Below are positions 41,001-54,800 of a stretch of 64,000 bases of DNA, one piece after another. The notes beneath the pieces were generated by a model. It did no database searches, had not been told where the DNA came from, and saw only the letters and a list, made by a program, of their open reading frames with translations. The DNA comes from the human T2T-CHM13v2.0 reference genome, Homo sapiens. Numbering within the stretch: position 1 is the first letter of the stretch; every line of letters starts with the position of its first letter. The DNA lies in assembly GCF_009914755.1 (NCBI RefSeq), contig NC_060946.1; one strand, written 5' to 3'. The position numbers and the translations under genes are program-made.

Positions 41001-44000
41001 GCTTTGTGACATACCTTTGCACTGATCACCCAGGTGATGTAACACATCTACGTTCGGCCTAAAGGAGCTTTGTGACATATCTCTGCACTGGTCACTTAGG
41101 TGATGTAACAATTTTATAATCACTTCCTACAGGGAATTTTGACTAATCTCTGCACTGATCACTTAGGTGATGTAACTCTTGTCTACCCTCTGTCCAACGG
41201 GGCATTGTGAAATATCTGTGCACTGATCACCAAGGTGATTCAACTCTTGACTAGGAACTGCCTACAGAGGTTATTGTGAAATATCTCTGCACTGATAAAC
41301 TAGGTGGGGTAACCCTTGTCCAAGCTCTGCCTACAGGGGCTTTTCCACATATCCCTGAAGTGATGACAAAGGTGATGTAACTCTTGCCTAGGCTTTGCCT
41401 ACAGGGAACATTGGACATATATCTGCACTGATCACCCAGGTGATGCAACTCTTGCCTAGGCTTTGCCTACAGGGGACATTGTGACATATCTCTTCAATGA
41501 TCACTCATGTGATGCATCTCTTGCCTAGGCTTTGCCTACAGGCGACATTGTGACATATCTCTGCACTGATCTCCCAGGTGCTGTAACTTTAGTCTAGGCT
41601 CTGGCTACACGGCATTGTGACATATCACTGCACTGATCAACCAGGTGATATAACTCTTGTATAGGCTCTGCCTACAGGGGGATTGTGACCTACCTCTGCA
41701 CTGATCACCCAGGTGATATAACTCTTCTCTAGGATCTGCCTACAGGGTACTTTGTGACATATCCCTGCACTGATCAGCCAGGTGATCTAACTCTGGTCTA
41801 AGCTCTGCCTAAAGGGGCATTGTGACAGATCTCTGCACTGATCCCTCTGGTGATGTAAGTATTGTCTAGGCTCTGCTTCAAGGGGCCTTGTCACATATCT
41901 CTGCACTGATCACCCAGGTGATGTAACTCTTGTCTAGGCTTTGCTTCCAGGGCATATTGTGACATATCTATGCACTGATCACCTTAGTGTTGTAACACTT
42001 TGGTAGGCTCGGCCTACAGGGGAATCTTTACATATCTCTGCACTGTTAACCGAGGTGATTTAACCCTTGTCTAGGCTGTGCCCACAGGGGGATTGAGACA
42101 TATCTCTGCACTGATCCCGAGGTGATACAACTCTTGCCTGGTCTCTGCCTACTCTGGACATTGTGACATATCTCTGCACTGATCTCCCAGTTGCTGTAAC
42201 TTTAGTCTGGGCTCCGGCTACACGGCATTGTGACATATCACTGCAACTGATCACCCAGGCGATATAACTCTTCTCTAGGATCTGACCACAGGGTGCTTTG
42301 TGACATATCCCTGCAATGATCACCCAGGTGATATACCACTTGCCAAGGCTCTGCCTACAGGGGCATTGCAATGTATCTCTGCACTGATCACCTAGGTCTT
42401 GTAGCTATTTTCTAGGATCTGCCTACAGGGTGCTTTGTGACGTGTCCCAGCAAGGATTACCCAGGTGATGTACCTCTCATCAAGGCTCTGCCTACAGGCA
42501 CATTGTGATGTATCTCTGCACTGATCACCTTGGTTATGTAACTTTTTTCTAGGCTCTACCTACGATGGCATTGTGATATATCTCTGCACTAATCATCCAA
42601 GTGATGTAACTCTTGTCTAGGATGTGCCTAAATTAACTTTTTGACATAACCCTGTACTGATCATCCAGGTGATGGAGCTTTTGTCTAGGCTCTGCCTAAG
42701 GGGGCATTGTGACATATTTCTGCATTGATCACCCAGGTGGCGAACTCTTCTCTCGGATCTGCCTATGGGGGCATTGTGAGAAATCTCTCCACTGATCACC
42801 CAGGTGATGTAACTGTTTTGTTACCTCTGCCTACAGGTTAATTGTGAGAGATCTCGTCACTGATTACCCAAGTGATGTAACCATTGTCTAGGGTTTGCGT
42901 ACAGGGGGCTTTGTGACATACCTTTGCACTGATCACCCAGGTGATGTAACACATCAAAGTTCGGCCTAAGGGAGCTTTGTGACATATCTCTGCACTGATC
43001 ACTTAGGTGATGTAACACTTTTATAATCACTGCCTACAGGGAATTTTGACAAATCTCTGCACTGATCACCTAGGTGATGTAACTCTTGTCTACCCTCTGT
43101 CCAACGGGGCATTGTGAAATGTCTCTGCACTGATCACCCAGATGATTCAACTCTTGACTAGGAACTGCCTACAGAGGTTATTGTGAAATATCTCTGCACT
43201 GATAAACTAGGTGGTGTAACCCTTGTCCAAGCTCTGCCTACAGGGGCTTTTCCACATATCCCTGAACTGATGACAAAGGTGATGTAAATCTTGCCTAGGC
43301 TTTGCCTACAGGGAACATTGAACATATATCTGCACTGATCACCCAGGTGATGCAACTCTTGCCTAGGCTTTGCCTACAGGGGACATTGTGACATATCTCT
43401 TCAATGATCACTCATGTGATGCATCTCTTGCCTAGGCTTTGCGTACAGGGGACATTGTGACATATCTCTGCACTGATCTCCCAGGTGCTGTAACTTTAGT
43501 CTAGGCTCTGGCTACACGGCATTGTGACATATCAATGCACTGATCAACCAGGTGATATAGCTCTTGTATAGGCTCTGCCTACAGGGGGATTGTGACCTAC
43601 CTCTACACTGATCACCCAGGTGATATAACTCTTCTCTAGGATCTGCCTACAGGGTACTTTGTGACATATCCCTGCACTGATCACCCAGGTGATCTAACTC
43701 TGGTCTAAGCTCTGCCTAAAGGGGCATTGTGACAGATCTCTGCACTGATCCCTCTGGTGATGTAAGTATTGTCTAGGCTCTGCTTCAAGGGGCCTTGTCA
43801 CATATCTCTGCACTGATCACCCAGGTGATGTAACTCTTGTCTAGGCTCTGCTTCCAGGGCATATTGTGACATATCTATGCACTGATCACCTTAGTGATGT
43901 AACACTTTGGTAGGCTCGGCCTACAGGGGAATCTTGACATATCTCTGCACTGTTAACCGAGGTGATGTAACTCTTGTCTAGGCTGTGCCCACAGGGGGAT

Positions 44001-44522
44001 TGAGACATGTCTCTGCACTGATCCCGAGGTAATACAACTCTTGCCTGCTCTCTGCCTGCTGTGGACATTGTGACATATCTCTGCACTGATCTCCCAGGTG
44101 CTGTAACTTTAGTCTAGGCTCCGGCTACAAGGCATTGTGACATATCACTGCACTGATCACCCAGGCGATATAACTCTTCTCTAGGATCTGACCACAGGGT
44201 GCTTTGTGACATATCCCTGCAATGATCACCCAGGTGATATACCACTTGCCAAGGCTCTGCCTACAGGGGCAATGCAATGTATCTCTGCACTGATCACCTA
44301 GGTCTTGTAGCTAATTTCTAGGATCAGCCGACAGGGTGCTTTGTGACGTGTCCCAGCAAGGATTACCCAGGTGATGTACCTCTCATCAAGGCTCTGCCTA
44401 CAGGCACATTGTGATGTATCTCTGCACTGATCACCTAGGTCATGTAACTTTTTTCTAGGCTCTACCTACGATGGCATTGTGACATATCTCTGCATTAATC
44501 ATCCAAGTGATATAACTCTTGT
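35060..44522. repeat. HOR units 28, 28, 27, 28, 28-mer (1906, 1906, 1838, 1907, 1906 bp)
   Basis: Markers at 35060, 36966, 38872, 40710, 42617 and 44523. One-monomer deletion at ~39780 and 1-bp insertion at ~42246. Confidence 0.9.
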
Positions 44523-45815
44523 CTAGGATGTGCCTAAATTAACTTTTTGACATAACCCTGTACTGATCATCCAGGTGATGGAGCTTTTGTCTAGGGTCTG
44601 CCTAAGGGGGCATTGTGACATATTTCTGCATTGATCACCCAGGTGGCGAACTCTTCTCTCGGGTCTGCCTATGGGGGCATTGTGAGAAATCTCTGCACTG
44701 ATCAACCAGGTGATGTAACTGTTGTGTAATCTCTGCCTACAGGGGAATTGTGAGAGATCTCTTCACTGATTACCCAAGTGATGTAACCATTGTCTAGGAT
44801 TTGCGTACAAGGGGCTTTGTGACATACCTTTGCACTGATCACCCAGGTGATGTAACACATCTAAGTTCGGCCTAAAGGAGCTTTGTGACATATCTCTGCA
44901 CTGATCACTTAGGTGATGTAACACTTTTATAATCACTGCCTACAGGGAATTTTGACAAATCTCTGCACTGATCACCTAAGTGATGTAACTCTTCTCTACC
45001 CTCTGTCCAACTGGGCATTGTGAAATATCTCTGCACTGATCACCCAGGTGATTCAACTCTTGACTAGGAACTGCCTACAGAGGTTATTGTGAAATATCTC
45101 TGCACTGATAAACGAGGTGGTGTAACCCTTGTCCAAGCTCTGCCTACAGGGGCGTTTCCACATATCCCTGAACTGATGACAAAGGTGATGTAACCCTTGC
45201 CTAGGCTTTGCCTACAGGGGACATTGGACATATATCTGCAATGATCACGCAGGTGATGCAAATCTTGCCTAGGCTTTGCCTGCAGGGGACATTGTGACAT
45301 ATCTCTTCAATGATCACTCATGTGATGCATCTGTTGCCTAGGCTTTGCCTACAGGGGACATTGTGACATATCTCTGCACTGATCTCCCAGGTGCTGTAAC
45401 TTTAGTCTAGGCTCCGGCTACAAGGCATTGTGACATATCACTGCACTGATCACCCAGGCGATATAACTCTTCTCTAGGATCTGACCACAGGGTGCTTTGT
45501 GACATATCCCTGCAATGATCACCCAGGTGATATACCACTTGCCAAGGCTCTGCCTACAGGGGCATTGCAATGTATCTCTGCACTGATCACCTAGGTCTTG
45601 TAGCTATTTTCTAGGATCTGCCTACAGGGTGCTTTGTGACGTGTCCCAGCAAGGATTACCCAGGTGATGTACCTCTCATCAAGGCTCTGCCTACGGGCAC
45701 ATTGTGATGTATCTCTGCACTGATCACCTAGGTCATGTAACTTTGTTCTAGGCTCTACCTACGATGGCATTGTGACATATCTCTGCACTAATCATCCAAG
45801 TGATGTAACTCTTGT
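44523..45815. repeat. 19-mer HOR variant (1293 bp)
   Basis: Marker spacing 1293; fused internal repeat at 45356-45452 carrying the local CTCCGGCTACAAGG variant. Confidence 0.92.
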
Positions 45816-48800
45816 CTAGGATGTGCCTAAATTAACTTTTTGACATAACCCTGTACTGATCATCCAGGTGAGGGAGCTTTTGTATAGGCTCTGCCTAAGG
45901 GGGCATTGTGAAATATTTCTGCATTGATCACCCAGGTGGTGAACTCTTCTCTCGGATCTGCCTATGGGGGCATTGTGAGAAATCTCTGCACTGATCACCC
46001 AGGTGATGTAACTGTTGTGTAACCTCTGCCTACAGGGGAATTCTGAGAGATCTCGTCACTGATTACCCAAGTGATGTAACCATTGTCTAGGCTTTGCGTA
46101 CAGGGGGCTTTGTGACATACCTTTGCACTGATCACCCAGGTGATGTAACACATCTAAGTTCGGCTTAAAGGAGCTTTGTGACATATCTCTGCACTGATCA
46201 CTTAGGTGATGTAACACTTATATAATCACTGCCTACAGGGAATTTTGACAAATCTCTGCACTGATCACCTAGGTGATGTAACTCTTGTCTACCCTCTGTC
46301 CAACGGGGCATTGTGAAATGTCTCTGCACTGATCACCCAGGTGATTCAACTCTTGACTAGGAACTGCCTACAGAGGTTACTGTGAAATATCTCTGCACTG
46401 AAAAACTAGGTGGGGTAACCCTTGTCCAAGCTCTGCCTACAGGGGCGTTTCCACATATCCCTGAACTGATGACAAAGGTGATGTAACTCTTGCCTAGGCT
46501 TTGCCCACTGGGAATATTGGACATATATCTGCACTGATCACCCAGGTGATGCAACTCTTGCCTAGGCTTTGCCTACAGGGGACATTGTGACATATCTCTT
46601 CAATGATCACTCATGTGATGCATCTCTTGCCTAGGCTTTGCCTACAGGGGACATTGTGACATATCTCTGCACTGATCTCCCAGGTGCTGTAACTTTAGTC
46701 TAGTCTCTGGCTACACGGCATTGTGACACATCACTGCACTGATCAACCAGGTGATATAACTCTTGTATGGGCTCTGCCTACAGGGGGATTGTGACCTACC
46801 TCTGCACTGATCACCCAGGTGATATAACTCTTCTCTAGGATCTGCCTACAGGGTACATTGTGACATATCCCTGCACTGATCAACCAGGTGATCTAACTCT
46901 GGTCTAAGCTCTGCCTAAAGGGGCATTGTGACAGATCTCTGCACTGATCACTCTGGTGATGTAAGTATTGTCTAGGCTCTGCTTCAAGGGGCCTTGTCAC
47001 ATATCTCTGCACTGATCACCCAGGTGATGTAACTCTTGTCTAGGCTCTGCTTCCAGGCCATATTGTGACATATCTATGCACTGATCAACTTAGTGATGTA
47101 ACATTTTATTAGGCTCGGCCTACAGGGGAATCTTGACATATCTCTGCACTGTTAACCGAGGTGATTTAACTCTTGTCTAGGCTGTGCCCACAGGGGGATT
47201 GAGACATATCTCTGCACTGATCCCGAGGTGATACAACTCTTGCCTGGTCTCTGCCTACTGTGGACATTGTGACATATCTCTGCACTGATCTCCCAGGTGC
47301 TGTAACTATAGTCTATGCTCCGGCTACACGGCATTGTGACATATCACTGCACTGATCACCCAGGCGATATAACTCTTCTCTAGGATCTGACCACAGGGTG
47401 CTTTGTGACATATCCCTGCAATGATCACCCAGGTGATATACCACTTGCCAAGGCTCTGCCTACAGGGGCATTGCAATGTATCTCTGCACTGATCACCTAG
47501 GTCTTGTAGCTATTTTCTAAGATCTGCCTACAGGGTGCTTTGTGACGTGTCCCAGCAAGGATTACCCAGGTGATGTACCTCTCATCAAGGCTCTGCCTAC
47601 AGGCACATTGTGATGTATCTCTGCACTGATCACCTAGGTCATGTAACTTTTTTCTAGGCTCTACCTACGATGGCATTGTGACATATCTCTGCACTAATCA
47701 TCCAAGTGATGTAACTCTTGTCTAGGATGTGCCTAAATTAACTTTTTGACATAACCCTGTACTGATCATCCAGGTGATGGAGCTTTTGTCTAGGCTCTGA
47801 CTAAGGTGGCATTGCGACATATTTCTGCATTGATCACCCAGGTGGCGAACTCTTCTCTCTGATCTGCCGATGGGGAAATTGTGAGAAATCTCTGCACTGA
47901 TCACCCAGGTGATGTAACTGTTGTGTAACCTCTGCCTACAGGTTAATTGTGAGAGATCTCGTCACTGATTACCCAAGTGATGTAACCAATGTCTAGGCTT
48001 TGCGTACAGGGGGCTTTGTGACATACCTTTGCACTGATCACCCAGGTGATGTAACACATCAAAGTTCGGCCTAAAGGATCTTTGTGATATATCTCTGCAC
48101 TGATCAGTTAGGTGATGTAACACTTTTATAATCACTGCCTACAGGGAATTTTGACAAATCTCTGCACTGATCACCTAGGTGATGTAACTCTTGTCTACCC
48201 TCTGTCCAACGGGGCATTGTGAAATGTCTCTGCACTGATCACCCAAGTGATTCAACTCTTGACTAGGAACTGCCTACAGAGGTTATTGTGAATTATCTCT
48301 GCACTGATAAACTAGGTGGGGTAACCATTGTCCAAGCTCTGCCTACAGGGGCGTTTCCAGATATCCCTGAACTGATGACAAAGGTGATGTAACTCTTGCC
48401 TAGGCTTTGCCTACAGGGAACATTGGACATATATCTGCACTGATCACCCAGGTGATGCAACTCTTGCCTAGGCTTTGCCTACAGGGAACATTGTGACATA
48501 TCTCTTCAATGATCACTCATGTGATGCATCTCTTGCCTAGACTTTGCCTACAGGCGACATTGTGACATATCTCTGCACTGATCTCCCAGGTGCTGTAACT
48601 TTAGTCTAGGCTCTGGCTACACGGCATTGTGACATGTCACTGCACTGATCAACCAGTTGATATAACTCTTGTATAGGCTCTGCCTACAGGGGGATTGTGA
48701 CCTACCTCTGCACTGATCACCCAGGTGATATAACTCTTCTCTAGGATCTGCCTACAGGGTACTTTGTGACATATCCCTGCACTGATCACGCAGGTGATCT

Positions 48801-51800
48801 AACTCTGGTCTAAGCTCTGCGTAAAGGGGCATTGTGACAGATCTCTGCACTGATCCCTCTGGTGATGTAAGTATTGTCTAGGCTCTGCTTCAAGGGGCCT
48901 TGTTACATATCTCTGCACTGATCATCCAGGTGATGTAACTCTTGTCTAGGCTCTGCTTCCAGGACATATTGTGACATATCTATGCACTGATCACCTTAGT
49001 GATGTAACACTTTGGTAGGCTCGGCCTACAGGGGAATCTTGACATATCTCTGCACTGTTAACCGAGGTGATTTAACCCTTGTCTAGGCTCTGCTCACATG
49101 GGGATTGAGACATATCTCTGCACTGATCCCGAGGTGATACAACTCTTGCCTGGTCTCTGCCTACTGTGGACATTGTGACATATCTCTGCACTGATCTCCC
49201 AGGTGCTGTAACTTTAGTCTAGGCTCCGGCTACAAGGCATTGTGACATATCACTGCACTGATCACCCAGGCGATATAACTCTTCTCTAGGATCTGACCAC
49301 AGGGTGCTTTGTGACATATCCCTGCAATGATCACCCAGGTGATATACCACATGCCAAGGCTCTGCCTACAGGGGCATTGCAATGTATCTCTGCACTGATC
49401 ACCTAGGTCTTGTAGCTATTTTCTAGGATCTGCCTACAGGGTGCTTTGTGACGTGTCCCAGCAAGGATTACCCAGGTGATGTACCTCTCATCAAGGCTCT
49501 GCCTACAGGCACATTGTGATGTAACTCTGCACTGATCACCTAGGTCATGTAACTTTTTTCTAGGCTCTACCTACGATGGCATTGTGACATATCTCTGCAC
49601 TAATCATCCAAGTGATGTAACTCTTGTCTAGGATGTGCCTAAATTAACTTTTTGACATAACCCTGTACTGATCATCCAGGTGATGGAGCTTTTGTCTAGG
49701 CTCTGCCTAAGGGGGCATTGTGACATATTTCTGCATTGATCACCCAGGTGGTGAACTCTTCTCTCGGATCTGCCTATGGGGGCATTGTGAGAAATCTCTG
49801 CACTGATCACCCAGGTGATGTAACTGTTGTGTAACCTCTGCCTACAGGGGAATTCTGAGAGATCTCGTCACTGATTACCCAAGTGATGTAACCATTGTCT
49901 AGGCTTTGCGTACAGGGGGCTTTGTGACATACCTTTGCACTGATCACCCAGGTGATGTAACACATCTAAGTTCGGCCTAAAAGAGCTTTGTGACATATCT
50001 CTGCACTGATCACTTAGGTGATGTAACACTTTTATAATCACTGCCTACAGGGAATTTTGACAAATCTCTGCACTGATCACCTAGGTGATGTAACTCTTGT
50101 CTACCCTCTGTCCAACGGGACATTGTGAAATATCTCTGCACTGATCACCCAGGTGATTCAACTCTTGACTAGGAACTGCCTACAGAGTTTATTGTGAAAT
50201 ATCTCTGCACTGATAAACTAGGTGGGGTAACCCCTGTCCAAGCTCTGCCTACAGGGGCGTTTCCACATATCCCTGAACTGATGACAAAGGTGATGTAACC
50301 CTTGCCTAGGCTTTGCCCACAGGGAACATTGGACATATATCTGCACTGATCACCCAGGTGATGCAACTCTTGCCTAGGCTTTGCCTACAGGGGACATTGT
50401 GACATATCTCTTCAATGATCACTCATGTGATGCATCTCTTGCCTAGGCTTTGCCTACAGGGGACATTGTGACATATCTCTGCACTGATCTCCCAGGTGCT
50501 GTAACTTTAGTCTAGGCTCTGGCTACACGGCATTGTGACACATCACTGCACTGATCAACCAGGTGATATAACCCTTGTATAGGCTCTGCCTACAGTGGGA
50601 TTGTGACCTACCTCTGCACTGATCACCCAGGTGATATAACTCTTCTCTAGGATCTGCCTACAGGGTACTTTGTGACATATCCCTGCACTGATCAACCAGG
50701 TGATCTAACTCTGGTCTAAGCTCTGCCTAAAGGGGCATTGTGACAGATCTCTGCACTGATCACTCTGGTGATGTAAGTATTGTCTAGGCTCTGATTCAAG
50801 GGGCCTTGTCACATATCTCTGCACTGATCACCCAGGTGATGTAACTCTTGTCTAGGCTCTGCTTCCAGGGCATATTGTGACATATCTATGCACTGATCAC
50901 CTTAGTGATGTAACATTTTGGTAGGCTCGGCCTACAGGGGGATTGAGACATATCTCTGCACTGATCCCGAGGTGATACAACTCTTGCCTGGTCTCTGCCT
51001 ACTGTGGACATTGTGACATATCTCTGCACTGATCTCCCAGGTGCTGTAACTTTAGTCTAGGCTCCGGCTACAAGGCATTGTGACATATCACTGCACTGAT
51101 CACCCAGGCGATATAACTCTTCTCTAGGATCTGACCACAGGGTGCTTTGTGACATATCCCTGCAATGATCACCCAGGTGATATACCACTTGCCAAGGCTC
51201 TGCCTACAGGGGCATTGCAATGTATCTCTGCACTGATCACCTAGGTCTTGTAGCTATTTTCTAGGATCTGCCTACAGGGTGCTTTGTGACGTGTCCCAGC
51301 AAGGATTACCCAGGTGATGTACCTCTCATCAAGGCTCTGCCTACAGGCACATTGTGATGTATCTCTGCACTGATCACCTTGGTCATGTAACTTTTTTCTA
51401 GGCTCTACCTACGATGGCATTGTGACATATATCGGCACTAATCATCCAAGTGATGTAACCCTTGTCTAGGATGTGCCTAAATTAACTTTTTGACATAACC
51501 CTGTACTGATCATCCAGGTTATGGAGCTTTTCTCTAGGCTCTGTCTAAGGGGGCATTGTGACATATTTCTGCATTGATCACCCAGGTGGCGAACTCTTCT
51601 CTCGGATCTGCCTATGGGGGCATTGTGAGAAATCTCTGCACTGATCACCCAGGTGATGTAACTGTTGTGTTACCTCGGCCTACAGGTTAATTGTGAGAGA
51701 TCTCGTCACTGATTACCCAAGTGATGTAACCATTGTCTAGGCTTTTCGTACAGGGGGCTTTGTGACATACCTTTGCACTGATCACCCAGGTGATGTATCA

Positions 51801-54800
51801 CATCAAAGTTCGGCCTAAAGGAGCTTTGTGACATATCTCTGCACTGATCACTTAGGTGATGTAACACTTTTATAATCACTGCCTACAGGGAATTTTGACA
51901 AATCTCTGCACTGATCACCTAGGTGATGTAACTCTTGTCTACCCTCTGTCCAACGGGGCATTGTGAAATGTCTCTGCACTGATCACCCAGGTGATTCAAC
52001 TCTTGACTAGGAACTCACTACAGAGGTTATTGTGAAATATGTCTGCACTGATAAACTAGGTGGGGTAACCCTTGTCCAAGCTCTGCCTACAGGGGCGTTT
52101 CCACATATCCCTGAACTGATGACAAAGGTGATGTAACTCTTGCCAAGGCTTTGCCTACAGGGAACATTGGACATATTTCTGCACTGATCACCCAGGTGAT
52201 GCAACTCTTGCCTAGGCTTTGCCTACAGGGGACATTGTGACATATCTCTTCAATGATCACACATGTGATGCATCTCTTGCCTAGGCTTTGCCTACAGGGG
52301 ACATTGTGACATATCTCTGCACTGATCTCCCAGGTGCTGTAACTTTAGTGTAGGCTCTGGCTACACGGCATTGTGACATATCACTGCACTGATCAACCAG
52401 GTGATATAACTCTTGTATAGGCTCTGCCTACAGGGGGATTGTGACCTACCTCTGCACTGATCACCCAGGTGATATATCTCTTCTCTAGGATCTGCCTACA
52501 GGGTACTTTGTGACATATCCCTGCACTGATCACCCAGGTGATCTAACTCTGGTCTAAGCTCTGCCTAAAGGGGCATTGTGACAGATCTCTGCACTGATCA
52601 CTCTGGTGATGTAAGTATTGTCTAGGCTCTGCTTCAAGGGGCCTTGTCACATATCTCTGCACTGATCACCCAGGTGATGTAACTCTTGTCTAGGCTCTGC
52701 TTCCAGGGCATATTGTGATATATCTATGCACTGATCACCTTAGTGATGTAACACTTTGGTAGGCTCGGCCTACAGGGGAATCTTTACATATCTCTGCACT
52801 GTTAACCGAGGTGATTTAACTCTTGTCTAGGCTGTGCCCACAGGGGGATTGAGACATATCTCTGCACTGATCCCGAAGTGATACAACTCTTGCCTGGTCT
52901 CTGCCTAGTGTGGACATAGTGATATATCTCTGAACTGATCTCCCCGGTGCTGTAACTTTAGTCTGGGCTCCGGCTACACGGCATTGTGACATATCACTGC
53001 ACTGATCACCCAGGCGATATAACTCTTCTCTACGATCTGACCACAGGGTGCTTTGTGACATATCCCTGCAATGATCACCCAGGTGATATACCACTTGCCA
53101 AGGCTCTGCCTACAGGGGCATTGCAATGTATCTCTGCACTGATCACCTAGGTCTTGTAGCTATTTTCTAGGATCTGCCTACCGGGTGCTTTGTGACGTGT
53201 CCCAGCAAGGATTACCCAGGTGATGTACCTCTCATCAAGGCTCTGCCTACAGGCCCATTGTGATGTATCTCTGCACTGATCACCTCGGTCATGTAACTTT
53301 TTTCTAGGCTCTACCTACGATGGCATTGTGACATATCTCTGCACTAATCATCCAAGTGATGTAACACTTGTCTAGGATGTGCGTAAATTAACTTTTTGAC
53401 ATAACCCTGTACTGATCATCCAGGTGATGGAGCTTTTGTCTAGGCTCTGCCTAAGGGGGCATTGTGACATATTTCTGCATTGATCACCCAGGTGGCGAAC
53501 TCTTCTCTCGGATCTGCCTATGGGGGCATTGTGAGAAATCTCTGCACTGATCACCCAGGTGATGTAACTGTTGTGTAACCTCTGCCTACAGGGGAATTGT
53601 GAGAGATCTCGTCACTGATTACCCAAGTGATGTAACCATTGTCTAGGCTTTGCGTACAGGGGGCTTTGTGACAAACCTTTGCACTGATCACCCTGGTGAT
53701 GTAACACATCTAAGTTCGGCCTAAAGGAGCTTTGTGACATATCTCTGCACTGATCACGTAGGTGATGTAACACTTTTATAATCACTGCCTACAGGGAATT
53801 TTCACAAATCTCTGCACTGATCACCTAGGTGATGTAACTCTTGTCTACCCTCTGTCCAACGGGGCATTGTGAAATGTCTCTGCACTGATCACCCAGGTGA
53901 TTCAACTCTTGACTAGGAACTGCCTACAGAGGTTATTGTGAAATATCTCTGCACTGATAAACTAGGTGGTGTAACCCTTGTCCAAGCTCTGCCTACAGGG
54001 GCGTTTCCACATATCCCTGAAATGATGACAAAGGTGATGTAACACTTGCCTAGGCTTTGCCTACAGGGAACATTGGACATATATCTGCACTGATCACCCA
54101 GCTGATGCAACTCTTGCCTAGGCTTTGCCTACAGGGGACATTGTGACATATCTCTTCAATGATCACTCATGTGATGCATCTCTTGCCTAGGCTTTGCCTA
54201 CAGGGGACATTGTGACATATCTCTGCACTGATCTCCCAGGTGCTGTAACTTTAGTCTAGGCACTGGCTACACGGCATTGTGACATATCACTGCACTGATC
54301 AACCAGGTGATATAACTCTTGTATAGGCTCTGCCTACAGGGGGATTGTGACCTACCTCTGCACTGATCACCCAGGTGATATAACTCTTCTCTAGGATCTG
54401 CCTACAGGGTACTTTGTGACATATCCCTGCACTGATCACCCAGGTGATCTAACTCTGGTCTAAGCTCTGCCTAAAGGGGCATTGTGACAGATCTCTGCAC
54501 TGATCACTCTGGTGATGTAAGTATTGTCTAGGCTCTGCTTCAAGGCGCCTTGTCACATATCTCTGCACTGATCACCCAGGTGATGTAACTCCTGTCTAGA
54601 CTCTGCTTCCAGGGCATATCGTGACATATCTATGCACTGATCACCTTAGTGATGTAACACTTTGGTAGGCTCGGCCTACAGGGGAATCTTGACATATCTC
54701 TGCACTGTTAACCGAGGTGATTTAACTCTTGTCTAGGCTGTGCCCACAGGGGAATTGAGACATATCTCTGCACTGATCCCGAGGTGATACAACTCTTGCC

